Source: Acidobacteriota bacterium (lineage in GTDB: Bacteria > Acidobacteriota > Vicinamibacteria > Vicinamibacterales > UBA2999). From it: DNA of 64,000 nt. Position 1 is the stretch's first letter. Each line of letters begins with the position of its first letter. The stretch is from the NCBI GenBank assembly GCA_031404695.1, contig JANNIB010000346.1, positions 155 through 64,154 of the forward strand, read 5' to 3'. Of the stretch, positions 63,152 through 64,000 are shown piece after piece. The translations under genes were made by a program, and so were the position numbers. The notes under the pieces are model-generated. The model saw only the letters and a list, made by a program, of their open reading frames with translations, had not been told where the DNA came from and did not search any database.

Positions 63152-63487
63152 ATGCCAACCGCCACGTTCTACACCAAGCCCACTTGAACCACCTGCAGGA
63201 ACGCCAGGAGTTTCCTGGCCGATCGCGGCGTGAACGTCGAGGAACGCGACATCAACAAGGCGCCGCCGTCCCGGGCGTTCCTGGAACAGCACATCGATGC
63301 AAGCGACTTCCTGCGCTTCGTGAGCACGCGCAGCCCGGTCTTCAAGACCCGGGCCCTGCCCGCCTCGAAGAAGGAAGCCATCGATCTCATGATGGAACAG
63401 CCCAACCTCATCAGGCGCCCGATCCTCGTGCGGGGCGCGACGGTGACGTTCGGGTTCGACAAAGAGGCGTACGCCAAAGCGAAATGA
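63152..63487 (+). CDS. ArsC/Spx/YffB-family thioredoxin-fold protein with an in-frame TGA at the active-site Cys position (candidate selenoprotein, UxxC); alternatively a nonsense pseudogene
   Basis: ATG at 63152. The translation is MPTATFYTKPT-[TGA 63185-63187]-TTCRNARSFLADRGVNVEERDINKAPP...IRRPILV...FGFD. The family consensus is Y..p.C.(T/S)CRKA. The track ORF 63230..63487 is the same frame downstream of the TGA. Confidence 0.6.
63203..63219 (+). promoter_or_regulatory. SECIS-like stem-loop 15 nt downstream of the in-frame UGA
   Basis: G-CCAGGA-GUU-UCCUGG-C forms a 7-bp stem with a 3-nt apical loop that starts with G, 25 nt from the U of the UGA. Confidence 0.4.
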
Positions 63488-64000
63488 GCGTGAGGATCGG
63501 CACCTCGGGGTGGAGCTACCCCGGCGGCCGAGGCACCTGGAACGGCGTGTTCTACCCGGCGAAGGAGGCCCGTCCCCGCGGCTTCGATGAGCTCGAGTTC
63601 TACGCCCGCTGGTTCGACACGGTCGAAGTGAACTCGACCTTCTACGGGCAGCCACGCGCCAGGGTCACGCAGGCATGGGCCGATCGCACACCGGCGACCT
63701 TCGAATTCGCGGTCAAGCTGTTCCAGAAGTTCACGCACCCGTCGATGTTCCTGGAGGCCGTCGCGGCCGGCGCCCCCGGCGCGTCCGATGCCGCACTCGC
63801 CGCCGCCGGTGACGTGCGGCAGGCCGACGTCGACGAGTTCAAAGCCGGCGTCGAGCCGCTGGCGCTGGCGGGCAAACTCGGTCCGCTGCTGGTGCAGTTC
63901 CCGCCGAGCTTCATCGCCAGCGCCGCCGGCGTCGACTATCTCGGCTGGCTGCTGCGGACCTTCGCCGACTACGCCGTGGCGGTCGAGCTGCGCCACAAGT
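63484..64000 (+). CDS. DUF72 domain protein (partial, runs off the window)
   Basis: MSVRIGTSGWSYPGGRGTWNGVFYP...LEFYARWFDTVEVNSTFYG is the DUF72 signature. The start overlaps the upstream stop (ATGA). It is not in the ORF track because it has no stop in the window. Confidence 0.8.
   Translation, partial: MSVRIGTSGWSYPGGRGTWNGVFYPAKEARPRGFDELEFYARWFDTVEVNSTFYGQPRARVTQAWADRTPATFEFAVKLFQKFTHPSMFLEAVAAGAPGASDAALAAAGDVRQADVDEFKAGVEPLALAGKLGPLLVQFPPSFIASAAGVDYLGWLLRTFADYAVAVELRHK

Noticed and set aside
63169-63996. 275-aa minus-strand ORF spanning the ArsC-like and DUF72 genes.
   Set aside because: It is antisense to two genes with clear family signatures and has a non-coding-like composition.

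Overview
This is a high-GC (by eye about 68-70 %) bacterial chromosomal segment. The gene content (CarboxypepD_reg-type TonB receptor, DUF4394, ECF/HEAT clusters, GldF/G-type ABC system) suggests an Acidobacteriota-like soil organism, but that is inference only. I can support about 60 protein genes. I recognised no rRNA, tRNA or CRISPR array.

Layout:
- 1-2141: a decayed mobile/integron-like mosaic. It holds an IS21 fragment, a hicB gene with a frameshifted hicA, a broken IntI-like recombinase and a broken PhzF gene.
- 2153-20779: mostly minus-strand genes. From an ECF sigma factor down to a formamidase, 15 tightly spaced or overlapping genes run in one direction. They include a DDC-like decarboxylase-gabT-gabD trio and an odd radical-SAM gene coupled to a small membrane protein.
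- Two pyrimidine clusters: pyrR-pyrB-pyrC-PRTase (28558 to 25107, minus strand) and pyrK-pyrD-pyrF (34639 to 37090, plus strand).
- 37838-41364: an operon of a LysW-like Zn-ribbon protein with a poly-acidic tail, a LarE-like protein and a GT-C membrane protein, with an OmpA/Pal-like gene (37164-37751) immediately downstream.
- An ArsR/P1B-ATPase pair, a penicillin-acylase family gene, a gldA/F/G-like ABC operon with DUF4340 and dacB, a large BNR protein, and queC/queE.

Most notable hidden signals:
- An ArsC/Spx-family gene has an in-frame TGA exactly at the catalytic Cys position (UxxC), followed by a SECIS-like hairpin. This is a candidate selenoprotein that ORF calling split.
- A family of strictly intergenic GGGGCT(N)-phased G-run/C-run repeats. 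Two of them form roughly 25-bp-stem inverted repeats that could fold as a long hairpin or as a G-quadruplex/i-motif.

All calls rest on reading the translations and sequence by eye. No database search was run. Many long ORFs in the supplied track are antisense or extension artefacts of high GC, and the track renders GTG/TTG starts as M.
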